Of a stretch of 64,000 nucleotides of DNA, positions 41,140 to 50,620 are shown one piece after another (the stretch's first letter is position 1; each line of letters opens with the position of its first letter). Position numbers and translations under genes: made by a program. This stretch comes from an uncultured bacterium (GTDB taxonomy: Bacteria > Chlamydiota > Chlamydiia > Chlamydiales > SM23-39). The stretch covers positions 1,312,001 to 1,376,000 of the forward strand of contig OY970323.1 in the NCBI GenBank assembly GCA_963716985.1, in the 5' to 3' direction. The notes below the pieces were generated by a model. It was not told where the DNA came from. It worked only from the letters and a program-made list of their open reading frames with translations, and ran no database searches.

Positions 41140-43515
41140 ATGGATCAAGAATTCATTCGCTTCTTTGCCACGTTGAGTTCGAAAGATATTGCACTTGTCG
41201 GAGGGAAGAATGCCTCTTTGGGAGAGATGATCACTTTTCTTGCGAAAAAAGGAATCTCCGTTCCAAAAGGGTTTGCCATTACATCTACAGCCTACCTTTT
41301 CTTTCTCAATGAAAACCATTTGGAAGAAAAAATCCTCTCTCTTTTAAAAGACTATCGAAAAAAAAAGACCACTCTTGCCAAAACGGGACAAAGAATACGC
41401 TCCCTCATCTTGCACGCATCCATCCCCCTCGAATTAGAAAAGGCCATTTTGCATGCCTATCAAGCCTTAAGTAAAGAATATCATGTCAAGGAGGCCGACG
41501 TAGCAGTGCGCAGCAGTGCAACGGCAGAGGACCTGCCGACGGCCAGCTTTGCAGGACAGCTCGAGTCCTATTTGAACATTGTCGGGAAAAAACGGCTCCT
41601 CGTTGCCTGCCGGAAATGTTTTGCCTCCCTTTTTACCGACAGGGCCATTGCCTATCGGGAAGACAAGGGGTTTGGCCATTCCAAAGTAGCGCTCTCCATC
41701 GGCGTGCAAAAAATGGTCCGTTCGGACAAAGCCGGATCCGGCGTTCTTTTCACACTCGATCCGGAATCGGGATTCCGTAAAACCATAGTCATCAATGCTT
41801 CTTTCGGCCTTGGAGAAAATGTGGTCCAAGGCAAGGTAAATCCCGATGAATATGTGCTCTTCAAGCCCTTTCTCTATAACCGGAAGATCTCTCCAATATT
41901 AAGCAAAGATCTCGGTGAAAAAGAGAAAAAACTTCTCTATTCAAAGGGAAGGGAAAAGGTCAAGAACGTAACCACTTCGCAAAAGGAGAGAAAACGCTTT
42001 GTCTTGAGCGACAAAGAAATCCTCCAGCTTGCCGTTTGGGGCCAGGCCATCGAAGAGCATTATCAAAAACCCATGGACATTGAATGGGCAAAAGATGGCA
42101 TCAGCGGCCAACTCTACATTGTTCAAGCCCGTCCGGAAACCGTGGAATCGCAAAAAGCTTCCTCTTCTTTTAAAAATTACTTCTTAAGGGAAAAGGGGAA
42201 AGTCCTTTTAGAAGGTCTTGCGATCGGAGAGGAAATCGTCACCGGAGAGGTGCAGGTCATCAAAAACATAGCGGAAATCAGGAAATTCAAAAAAGGATCT
42301 ATTCTCGTCACTCCAATGACCACGCCCGACTGGGTGCCCATCATGACGCAAGCATCCGGTATCATCACCGATCACGGAGGGAGAACCTCCCACGCTGCCA
42401 TCGTAAGCCGCGAATTGGGCGTCGCCGCTATTGTAGGAACGCGCATCGCAACCCAAAAGCTCAAAGAGGGACAAAAGATCACCCTTTGCTGTGCTGAGGG
42501 AGATCATGGATTCGTTTATGAGGGGTTTTTACAATTTGCGGAAAAAACACTCGACATCTCCCACTTGCCCTCTATAAAAACTCCCATCCTCATGAATATT
42601 TCCAGTCCGAACGCCGCTTTCCGCTGGTGGCAGCTTCCCACGGATGGCATTGGCCTTGCCCGTATTGAATTCATCATCAGCAATCTAATCAAGATCCATC
42701 CGATGGCGCTGATCCATCTCAACCGGGTGAAAGATCCAATCGTTCGAAGAAAAATTCTCTCACTTACTGCCGGCTATAAAAGCAGGGAAGAGTATTTCGT
42801 TCAAATACTTGCGATGAGCATTGCAAAGATCGCCTCCTCGCAATATCCCAAACCCGTGATCGTTCGCATGAGTGATTTTAAAAGCGTTGAATATGCCGAT
42901 CTCATCGGAGGCAAATGGTTTGAGCCGCAAGAGAGCAATCCGATGCTCGGAGTGCGCGGAGCCTCGCGCTACTATAGCGATATCTACCGCGATGCTTTTC
43001 ATCTAGAATGCCGCGCTCTAAAAAGAGCAAGAGAGGAGATGGGCATGGAGAATATCATCTTGATGATTCCTTTTTGCCGCACTCTCGAAGAAGCAGACCG
43101 CGTTCTTAACATTCTTGAAAAAAATGGCCTCAAAAGAGGAGAAAAAAACTTGCAGATCTACGTGATGTGCGAAATCCCCTCCAACGCACTTTTGGGAGAA
43201 GAGTTTGCAAAGCGCTTTGATGGTTTTTCGATCGGCTCGAATGATTTGACGCAGCTAACCCTTGGCATCGATCGCGACTGCGAAGCTTTGGCCTCTATTT
43301 TCAATCCTCGAGATGAATCGGTCAAGCGTTTGATTCGCGAGGTGATTCAAAAGGCGCACAAACACAAAGCAAAGGTGGGCATATGCGGCCAGGCTCCTTC
43401 CGACGATCCCGAATTTGCGGCTTTTCTCATACGCGAAGGCATCGATTCGATCTCACTCAATCCGGATAGTGTCCTTAAAATCATCGAAACGATCGCAAAA
43501 ATCGAAAAAAAGTAA
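41140..43515 (+). CDS. ppsA: phosphoenolpyruvate synthase (pyruvate, water dikinase)
   Basis: VGGKNASLGEM, VAVRSSATAED, QARPETV, GGRTSHAAIVSRELG, SIGSNDLTQ, GICGQAPSD. Confidence 0.96.
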   Translation: MDQEFIRFFATLSSKDIALVGGKNASLGEMITFLAKKGISVPKGFAITSTAYLFFLNENHLEEKILSLLKDYRKKKTTLAKTGQRIRSLILHASIPLELEKAILHAYQALSKEYHVKEADVAVRSSATAEDLPTASFAGQLESYLNIVGKKRLLVACRKCFASLFTDRAIAYREDKGFGHSKVALSIGVQKMVRSDKAGSGVLFTLDPESGFRKTIVINASFGLGENVVQGKVNPDEYVLFKPFLYNRKISPILSKDLGEKEKKLLYSKGREKVKNVTTSQKERKRFVLSDKEILQLAVWGQAIEEHYQKPMDIEWAKDGISGQLYIVQARPETVESQKASSSFKNYFLREKGKVLLEGLAIGEEIVTGEVQVIKNIAEIRKFKKGSILVTPMTTPDWVPIMTQASGIITDHGGRTSHAAIVSRELGVAAIVGTRIATQKLKEGQKITLCCAEGDHGFVYEGFLQFAEKTLDISHLPSIKTPILMNISSPNAAFRWWQLPTDGIGLARIEFIISNLIKIHPMALIHLNRVKDPIVRRKILSLTAGYKSREEYFVQILAMSIAKIASSQYPKPVIVRMSDFKSVEYADLIGGKWFEPQESNPMLGVRGASRYYSDIYRDAFHLECRALKRAREEMGMENIILMIPFCRTLEEADRVLNILEKNGLKRGEKNLQIYVMCEIPSNALLGEEFAKRFDGFSIGSNDLTQLTLGIDRDCEALASIFNPRDESVKRLIREVIQKAHKHKAKVGICGQAPSDDPEFAAFLIREGIDSISLNPDSVLKIIETIAKIEKK

Positions 43516-43637
43516 AAAAATTTCCTCAAATCTCAGGAGCAAGCAGCGCAGGCCCCTTCAAATGGGAAACACCCCCACAGAAGAACCACTCCTTCCGAAA
43601 GGTTGCGCGCATAGATAACCGCTAGTTCTCAAATAGC

Positions 43638-44416
43638 TCAAAAAACATACCCCACTCCAAGCCCAAAAGCAAAACCACCAACTTGAACGCTTCTTTGATA
43701 GATCAAAGGCCTAGTGCTCTGTCACCCTTTAATTTTAGGATAAATTGACTTGAGTTTATGCCGACCGTTGCCAAACTTATAATCCTAAATTTTAACTATG
43801 ACAGAGCACTAGAAGGATGAACGTGCATTTTTTTGTATGAGAACTCCCCAAAAACATCCACGAGCAGATGAGAACATGGAAGAATGTGAAAACCGGTATT
43901 CGCAAATAATCCGAATCCGCTCTTTTCAATTGTCTTGTTGACATAGGAGGCGTTGTTATGCTGGTGCAGAAAGAAGTAGCGCGGTCCAATCGTGAAATAA
44001 TATTGCATCTTTGAACAGATGGGAATGATAGGTTTCAATCCCAGGCTCAACGGAATTTCCCAGATTCTTGTTTTTTCTCCGATAGTGAGCGACCTACCAT
44101 GCCTTTCCAGGTACGCCACACTGCCATATATTTGGAGATATCTTTGTATTGGACAGGACAGAGATAATTGAACATCTTCTCCCCCTTTACGATAGATTTT
44201 GCGCATTGTAGAATCGTAAAAAAGGAAATAGCCCCCTTTTATTTCCAGAATCGGCAGTCGTTTTTTCGCTTTCGGATGGGGACGCGGCGGACTCTGTTTC
44301 CTTGAAAAAGGCGTGGCATAGGAAGGCTGATCAAACCCAACCATCAAGAAAGTGAACAATAGAAAAAACAGGATCAGCAATGCGCCTGTGTTTTTCGATA
44401 TTAATGGACGATACAT
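43638..44416 (-). pseudogene. outer-membrane beta-barrel protein disrupted by a MITE
   Basis: Removing the MITE restores ...KKMHVHPS|RPLIYQRSVQVGGFAFGLGVGYVF* with a terminal-Phe beta-signal; signal-peptide-like N-terminus. Confidence 0.8.
43711..43812. mobile_element. about 100-bp MITE (family B), copy 1, coordinates include CTAG duplications
   Basis: CTAG-TGCTCTGTCA...TGACAGAGCA-CTAG; near-identical to 44924-45025. Confidence 0.9.
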
Positions 44417-44534
44417 AAACCTCCATTATGGGTTTTTAACACTGACAGGACTCTTTCAAGGCCTACACGTTATATTCAGTAAAAGTTTTCATAAGCCCTT
44501 AGCGATAAGGGTATGTCTTAACGGCAGATTATGT

Positions 44535-44799
44535 CTGGAGTTTGGACTAATTTCTGGGACCAGGAGGCGCAGAAATCAGTCTAAATTAAACGTCATCTCC
44601 TATGATTAACCTGCAGAACAAGAGCAACAAAGGATGTTGCAGTCGAATTATCTGGGGGTTTGAGATTTTTGGACAATTTTCTCAAACCCCCGAATAAATC
44701 AAGCAATATGGTTTTCCGACAGAAATCGCTATAGAGCACAAATCAAGATTTGAACTGATTTTGTACCAGATTCAGACGCGAAATTAGTCCAAACTCCAG
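44535..44799. mobile_element. 265-bp MITE (family A), copy 2
   Basis: Same TIRs as copy 1; 6-bp TSD TTATGT at 44529-44534 and 44800-44805. Confidence 0.92.
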
Positions 44800-44923
44800 T
44801 TATGTGCAATATTTTTTTGAATAGAGTCATTCCCGATGCGGGTGATGTTCAAAAAGGCTTCGCTTCAACCGGGCTTGCTTTTGCCGGCTCCTCCCTATCG
44901 CCTTATAAAATGCCGCTCAAAAG

Positions 44924-45025
44924 CTAGTGCTCTGCCATTCTTTAATTTTAGGATAAATTGACTTGAGTTTATGCCGACCGTTGCCAAACTTATAATCCTA
45001 AATTTTAACTATGACAGAGCACTAG
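44924..45025. mobile_element. about 100-bp MITE (family B), copy 2
   Basis: CTAG-TGCTCTGCCA...TGACAGAGCA-CTAG; same orientation as copy 1, with a few substitutions near the left end. Confidence 0.9.
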
Positions 45026-45387
45026 GGATGGATCCAAGTGGCTGTTTACTCTCGCTCGCTTGTTCTTTTGTTGTAGTGAAGTTTCCGCTTATCAAGAGGA
45101 GGAGGCGATCGCCCGACTCCCCCTCGTTAGAACCGGCCGAGCCCAATGAAAGCAACGGGCTTACGATCGTGCGCCTAACATTTGCCAAGCTGCCCTTTAA
45201 AGAGAGCGCAAATCGACACGGTTTTTCGCCTCGATGATGGACAACAATTAGATTGCACTTGAGTCAGATCGGTTGAAATGCTATGGTTTTTTCATAGACA
45301 AAACTTGTTCATTTTTTACATTCAAACAAAGGGAGCAGCGTTTCCTCTCATTCCTAAAGGAATTGGTTTTGCGCGCTGTCGCATAGG

Positions 45388-46659
45388 ATGAAAATAAAAA
45401 AAACATCGCTTTGGTTCATTTTGGTCGTGATCGTTTTGGGCATGGCTGCCGGCAGCCTCTCGGGAACAACAAGAGGTCTTTGGGGCTTATCATTTTATTC
45501 GGTCTATGAATTCATCGGACAGCTTTTTATTCAGGCGCTGATGCTCGTCTCCATTCCGCTCATCATCTCCTCCGTCATGACGGGTATTGCAAAAATCGCT
45601 CAAGACAACTCTTTTAAAAGGATCATTACAAAAGTCTTTGCTACCTTTTTTGCGCTCAATCTACTCGCTCTTCTGGTCGGTATACTCATGACGCTTTTGT
45701 TTCAAAAAAGCTTAACAGAGTCGGCCAATCTGCTGCTCCAAGCGAAGGGAGGCTCTTTGACAGCGCCCCCCTTGTCGAGCAGCGCGATGGACTTTAATTT
45801 TTCTCAATTTCTTTTGCAGATCATCCCTTCCAATTTGGTGGAAGCTTTTTATCATATGCGAATCATCGGCCTTGTCTTTTTTAGCCTTTTATTCGGCTAT
45901 GTAATGACCAAAATTGAAAAAAAAGCATCAGAAGTATTGCAGAATTTTTGGAAAGGCGTCTTTCAAACCATGATCGGAATTACCGAGATCATCTTGACAT
46001 TCCTTCCACTTGGAGTCTTTTGCCTCGTTGCCAAACAATTTGCAGCGACCGGACTCGAAACGCTTGGGTTTTTGGGGAGATTCTTTTTCATCGCCTCATT
46101 GGGCCTTTTCAGCTACATGTTCATCGTTTTGCCCCTCTGTCTGCTGTTTGTTGCGAAGGTGCACCCCTTACGCCACTTCAAGGCCATGCTACCGGCAATC
46201 GTCACTGCTTTTTCCACCACCTCCACCTCGGCTACCTTGCCGGTGACTATTGACTGTCTCGAAAATCGGGCCAAAGTGTCTGCAAAGCTCAGCCATGTCA
46301 TTCCTCCTCTGGGAGCCTCATTGAATATGGCGGCAACCGTTCTTTTTTCCTTCATCGCCGTTGCTTTCATCGCAAAAACCTATGGAATACCTGCATCATT
46401 ATACACCTATTCCATCATCGCATTTTTATCTCTATTTCTCTCCATGGGCGTCGCCGGAATCCCGTCGGGATGCCTAGTCATTGTGATGATCATCTTAAAA
46501 ACAATCAACCTTCCGCCGGAATCTATCGCCCTGATCATCGCCCTGGATCGTTTTCTGGACATGTTTCGCACAACCACCAACGTTTTTACCGGCAGCTGCT
46601 CTACAATCCTCGTGGCTCGCTTAGAAAAAGAAGAAGGAATATTGGAGGAAAAAAGATAA
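45388..46659 (+). CDS. dicarboxylate/amino acid:cation symporter (DAACS)
   Basis: IIPSN, AFSTTSTSATLP, PLGASLNM, GVAGIP, DRFLDMFRTTTNV. Confidence 0.92.
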   Translation: MKIKKTSLWFILVVIVLGMAAGSLSGTTRGLWGLSFYSVYEFIGQLFIQALMLVSIPLIISSVMTGIAKIAQDNSFKRIITKVFATFFALNLLALLVGILMTLLFQKSLTESANLLLQAKGGSLTAPPLSSSAMDFNFSQFLLQIIPSNLVEAFYHMRIIGLVFFSLLFGYVMTKIEKKASEVLQNFWKGVFQTMIGITEIILTFLPLGVFCLVAKQFAATGLETLGFLGRFFFIASLGLFSYMFIVLPLCLLFVAKVHPLRHFKAMLPAIVTAFSTTSTSATLPVTIDCLENRAKVSAKLSHVIPPLGASLNMAATVLFSFIAVAFIAKTYGIPASLYTYSIIAFLSLFLSMGVAGIPSGCLVIVMIILKTINLPPESIALIIALDRFLDMFRTTTNVFTGSCSTILVARLEKEEGILEEKR

Positions 46660-46687
46660 AAACAGGGCTTTTTCGATATTTAAGAAT

Positions 46688-47413
46688 TCAGCCGCTATAC
46701 GCCTCATCTTTTTTGGGCGCGGCTAAATAGATTTTCATCTTTTTCTCGAACTCTTCGATCAGATCTTGCAAATGTTTTTGCCATCTCTTTTCCTTTGCGT
46801 ATCGAGGCAGCTCTTCTTTCCATGAAGAGAGAGCCTCGTTTGGCAAATGAAAAAAATTCAAATGGCAATAATAGAGAACAGATAGAGTGTCGCTGGGAGC
46901 AAAGGCAAGATAGTTCATAAGAAAAAAATGCCATTTCTTCAGAGAAGATAGGGGCGCTTTTTGCTTTTCATATTCGGAAATATCCTTTAAAAATTGGGTT
47001 TTTTTTGTCCACAAACCGCTAGAAAAAAGAATCTCATCTTCTAAAAATTTCAGAAAAAGATCTCTTTGATTATAAGCCAAAAAAGAAAGTTCCGTCTCCA
47101 CATCCGTTCGCCTGATATACAATTCTCTCATGACATCGATCCAGGAATGGAAGATCATTCCCGCTTCAAAGAGAGAAGAGGCTCTGTTTGTCATTTCTAA
47201 AGAGGGGTACGCAACATGCGTTTTCTTGCGCGGCCAGCCTTCTAAATAGCGGATATCCGGGAAGAGCGCCCCCAGAAGAAACTCTTGGCGATTTTCTTCT
47301 TTTGAAATTCCACTCATGTCCAGCCAACGTTCGGCTAAATAAAAATGAAGGGCCGGACAGGAGGATGAAAGAGGGGTGAAAAAAAACAAAAAAACAAAGA
47401 AAAACCTCTTCAA
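46688..47413 (-). CDS. exported protein, zinc-dependent phospholipase C-like fold suspected
   Basis: Signal peptide, then H...FLLGALFPD...TH...GMIFHSWID metal-ligand pattern. Confidence 0.5.
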   Translation of the reverse strand: MKRFFFVFLFFFTPLSSSCPALHFYLAERWLDMSGISKEENRQEFLLGALFPDIRYLEGWPRKKTHVAYPSLEMTNRASSLFEAGMIFHSWIDVMRELYIRRTDVETELSFLAYNQRDLFLKFLEDEILFSSGLWTKKTQFLKDISEYEKQKAPLSSLKKWHFFLMNYLAFAPSDTLSVLYYCHLNFFHLPNEALSSWKEELPRYAKEKRWQKHLQDLIEEFEKKMKIYLAAPKKDEAYSG

Positions 47414-47483
47414 AAAGGCCTCCTACAAAAAAGCTGGACAATAACATATCCAAAAAAGCTTTCCCCGAAAGATCTAGCAATGA

Positions 47484-47915
47484 TTAACTTTTTTTGTAGA
47501 GGCCGATACATTCTGCAGATTCCAAAAGAGAGCCCTTCATTGCCTTGACTACCTGCTCTTTTGTCGGATGACGGGAAAAGGAAAGCAGGTCGCTCAATGC
47601 ATAAATCTTAAAAAAGTAACGATGCGTTCCCGAGGGAGGACAAGCGGGACAATACCCCACATCTTGCATTGAATTGAGTCCCTGCTTGCCCGGAAAGGCT
47701 CCTTCTTCAATGCGCTCCTGTGGCAGAATGTTATAGACGACCCAGTGCACAAAGGTCCCCTCTGGCGCATCGGGATCATCCACAATGAGGACAAGCGATC
47801 GCGCAGCTTTGGGAATGTCTTCTATGATTAAAGCGGGAGAAACACCCCTCCCCTGGCAGGTGAACTTTTTGGGCATCATCTGATTGTGGGCAAAATCGGG
47901 ACAAGAAATTTTCAT
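47484..47915 (-). CDS. YbhB/YbcL (PEBP) family protein
   Basis: DDPDAP..FVHWVVYNI, CPPSGTHRYFF. Confidence 0.92.
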   Translation of the reverse strand: MKISCPDFAHNQMMPKKFTCQGRGVSPALIIEDIPKAARSLVLIVDDPDAPEGTFVHWVVYNILPQERIEEGAFPGKQGLNSMQDVGYCPACPPSGTHRYFFKIYALSDLLSFSRHPTKEQVVKAMKGSLLESAECIGLYKKS

Positions 47916-47935
47916 GTTTTTGTTTTTTCACCTCC

Positions 47936-48982
47936 CTAAAATGTATAGGTCGTGCTGATGATTCCGGAAATAAAGTTGGAAGAATTTCTTCCCCATACAG
48001 AAAACCAAATCCCTCCGATAAAACCCAAATCGGCATTGGGATTGTATTCCAAAGCGGGAGCCAAACTCAATTGATCGTTAAAAGGACCTCCGACAGAAGC
48101 CGGCGACCCGGTTGCATCCACTCCTGTAGTACCCAAAAACGTTGTTTTCATAGAATAGGAATAAGCAACATCAAGCGCTAAAACCCAGCGCTGCGTAAAG
48201 CTGAACTCATAACCGAAATCAGTAGAAAAACTCTGCCCCGGATGCACTTTCCCCCAAGTCCCATAGCCTCCGCCATAAGCATTGAAATTTTTCACCGAAA
48301 CATGGGAAGGAAAGGCATAGGAGTTAGATAAACGAAAGCTCATCGGGTGCTCTGTCCATACCCACCAGACGATTTTGGCAAAATTCAAGATCAGGCTCGT
48401 CGTGTAAGCACCGCTTCCCGTGGCATCGACCCCCCCCTTATGAGGAGAAAGCTTGTTGCATTTTCCCGTGGGAAAGGTTTCTTTCACACCAAAGAGAACC
48501 GCAGGATAGTACATCGTTTCTTCTGCAAGACCATAGCGAAGGGAGAGAGAAGTATCCGTAATGTTCATGATGGAATGCCCCCTCTGCTTATTGTAAAGCC
48601 CTTGAAGAGTGAACACTCCGTCGATCCGCTTGTCATATACGCCAAATTGCAAAATCGCAACGGGATTTACCTGTTGAAGGTCGCGTACATCATGGGACTT
48701 TCCGTGAGCATCAAAATGCCCATAATTATCGATATAATAGAGGTAGGGCTGTATATTGAATTTTCCGGCCTGAAGAACATGCGCGCCGCCGGCAAGAAGC
48801 GGCCCTGCGTACCAGGGGTCGAACATTTCCTGCGCTTCATGAAAATCCTCTTCCGCCTTGGCGAGCTGGCTTTCCACAAGCTGAGGAGTAACGGGCATCG
48901 CAGGCTCTTCGGCAGAAAGCAAAAAAAAACCGGAAAAAAACAAACCGCAAACCACCAGTCCAAAACGCGCTTTTTTATTCAT
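47936..48982 (-). CDS. putative outer-membrane beta-barrel transporter (paralogue 1)
   Basis: Signal peptide, PWYAGPLL, FPTG, EFSFTQRW; ends TYTF. Confidence 0.65.
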   Translation of the reverse strand: MNKKARFGLVVCGLFFSGFFLLSAEEPAMPVTPQLVESQLAKAEEDFHEAQEMFDPWYAGPLLAGGAHVLQAGKFNIQPYLYYIDNYGHFDAHGKSHDVRDLQQVNPVAILQFGVYDKRIDGVFTLQGLYNKQRGHSIMNITDTSLSLRYGLAEETMYYPAVLFGVKETFPTGKCNKLSPHKGGVDATGSGAYTTSLILNFAKIVWWVWTEHPMSFRLSNSYAFPSHVSVKNFNAYGGGYGTWGKVHPGQSFSTDFGYEFSFTQRWVLALDVAYSYSMKTTFLGTTGVDATGSPASVGGPFNDQLSLAPALEYNPNADLGFIGGIWFSVWGRNSSNFISGIISTTYTF

Positions 48983-49128
48983 AAAAACTCCCCTTTTTAA
49001 AAAAACAGCCTACCCTTTTTGAATTTTTTTTTATAGCTCAATATTGCCGCTCTTTCTTTCTCCTCTGGAAAAAAAAACGGGCAAAAACTATATAGAGCTT
49101 TAAGTGCCCTAGAGGGAGGAAGCCGCCG

Positions 49129-49458
49129 ATGTCGGAAAATATTGAAGGGAAGCCCTACGTTTCCCCTGAAGATAAAGCTCTGTTTAAGCAGGATTATGCG
49201 AGAGGAGTGAAGCTTTTTCAGAACAGCCTGATTGAATATGAAAACACAACAGAAGAACATAAAAAAGCAAAATTCAAACAGGTGATGGACGAAGCATCCA
49301 CTGTAATGAATGAAACGGCCAAGCTCTGCCTTTCAAAAAAAGGACAAAAGCTTGAGAAAACACTCGAGCAGGATTACAAAGAATTTAACATAAACACTTC
49401 CGATGAAGTAATAGAAAAACTACGCACAGACATTACAGAAATACAAAAAAAATTATAG
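49129..49458 (+). CDS. hypothetical helical protein
   Basis: 109 aa; GGAGG SD. Confidence 0.65.
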   Translation: MSENIEGKPYVSPEDKALFKQDYARGVKLFQNSLIEYENTTEEHKKAKFKQVMDEASTVMNETAKLCLSKKGQKLEKTLEQDYKEFNINTSDEVIEKLRTDITEIQKKL

Positions 49459-50430
49459 ATCCAATTTTTCATCAATCCAATCCAGCAGAAGATAGTCGAG
49501 CCAGTGGAATTTTTTATTTTTTCCCATTTTGCCCAAATACCCCATATGTCCCCCTTTTTGGGTCAGGAAGACCTGAATATTCTCAGGAAGATCCCATCCT
49601 TCAAATGTTTGCCGTCTGATAATGGGATCGTCTTTTGACCAGAGGATTTTCGCCGGAATGCGTATCAAGGGAATCAAATACTTGCAGCTGCTTTTGTCAT
49701 AATAATCCAAAACATTAGAAAATCCAAAATGGGGAGCGGAATAGATCCGATCAAATTCCAGACACGTCAGCTTTTCAGGAAGGTCGATTTGAGGAAGATC
49801 GGGAAATTTTCGATGACGAAAAAGAACCTCTTCCCTCATGTGCTTCAAAAAATATCGCTGATAGATGGCATTGTCGGGATGATCTAGAAGAAGGATACAG
49901 GAATAAAGGTCCACCGGCGGATTGACGGCAATGACCTTTTGAAAATATTTGGCCGCATCGGAAAGAAGCTCGCCTGCCAATCGCAGCACAATATTCCCTC
50001 CTAAAGAAAATCCGATCAGAGTCGTTGGAGAAAGAGGATGCTCGCTCTTGAGAACCTTCAGAGCTTCGAGCACATCCGCGCTCTGCCCTCCATGATAGAT
50101 GTGGCGGGAAAGCCCTTTGCCCGATCCGCATCCGCGCAAATTGACACGAACGGCACGCACTCCTTTTTTGGCAAGTCTATTCGCCATGCGAACCAGATGG
50201 GGGGAACGATGAGAGCCGCAAAGACCATGAACCATGACAACCGTTTGATCCGTGGACTTCCACCCTTTCGGGGTCGACACTTCCAAAGCAAGGACATCGC
50301 GGTCGGGAAGGGAAACGTAAATCGTTTTAGAAAAAGGAGATAAGCAAAACTGTAGACTGCAGCCAAAGATCGTCTGCAAGTGGGCATTATTAAAAAACGG
50401 GGAGGGATCGAAAGGAAGCTCTGTAGGCAT
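49453..50430 (-). CDS. YheT-family alpha/beta hydrolase
   Basis: HLQT, HGLCGS, NLRGCG, GFSLGGN, DDPI, GGHMGY. Confidence 0.9.
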   Translation of the reverse strand: MPTELPFDPSPFFNNAHLQTIFGCSLQFCLSPFSKTIYVSLPDRDVLALEVSTPKGWKSTDQTVVMVHGLCGSHRSPHLVRMANRLAKKGVRAVRVNLRGCGSGKGLSRHIYHGGQSADVLEALKVLKSEHPLSPTTLIGFSLGGNIVLRLAGELLSDAAKYFQKVIAVNPPVDLYSCILLLDHPDNAIYQRYFLKHMREEVLFRHRKFPDLPQIDLPEKLTCLEFDRIYSAPHFGFSNVLDYYDKSSCKYLIPLIRIPAKILWSKDDPIIRRQTFEGWDLPENIQVFLTQKGGHMGYLGKMGKNKKFHWLDYLLLDWIDEKLDL

Positions 50431-50620
50431 AATAGCGCTCTTAAAAACAAAATTTCTTAATAACATTATTATTCGCTTCTGTTTATTAATAAATCAAACT
50501 AAATATTTACTGTTTATTGTTAATTAATCTTAATCCTGAAGCACAAAAACATGAGCCCCAAGATCTTGTGGAAAAATATTCAAATCTTTCTTAAGATACC
50601 ACTTTTGTATACAACTGGAA

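Noticed and set aside
31957..45025. CRISPR array from the repeated sequences
   Set aside because: The repeats are dispersed two-copy elements with TIRs and TSDs, not regularly spaced repeats with spacers. No cas genes are present.
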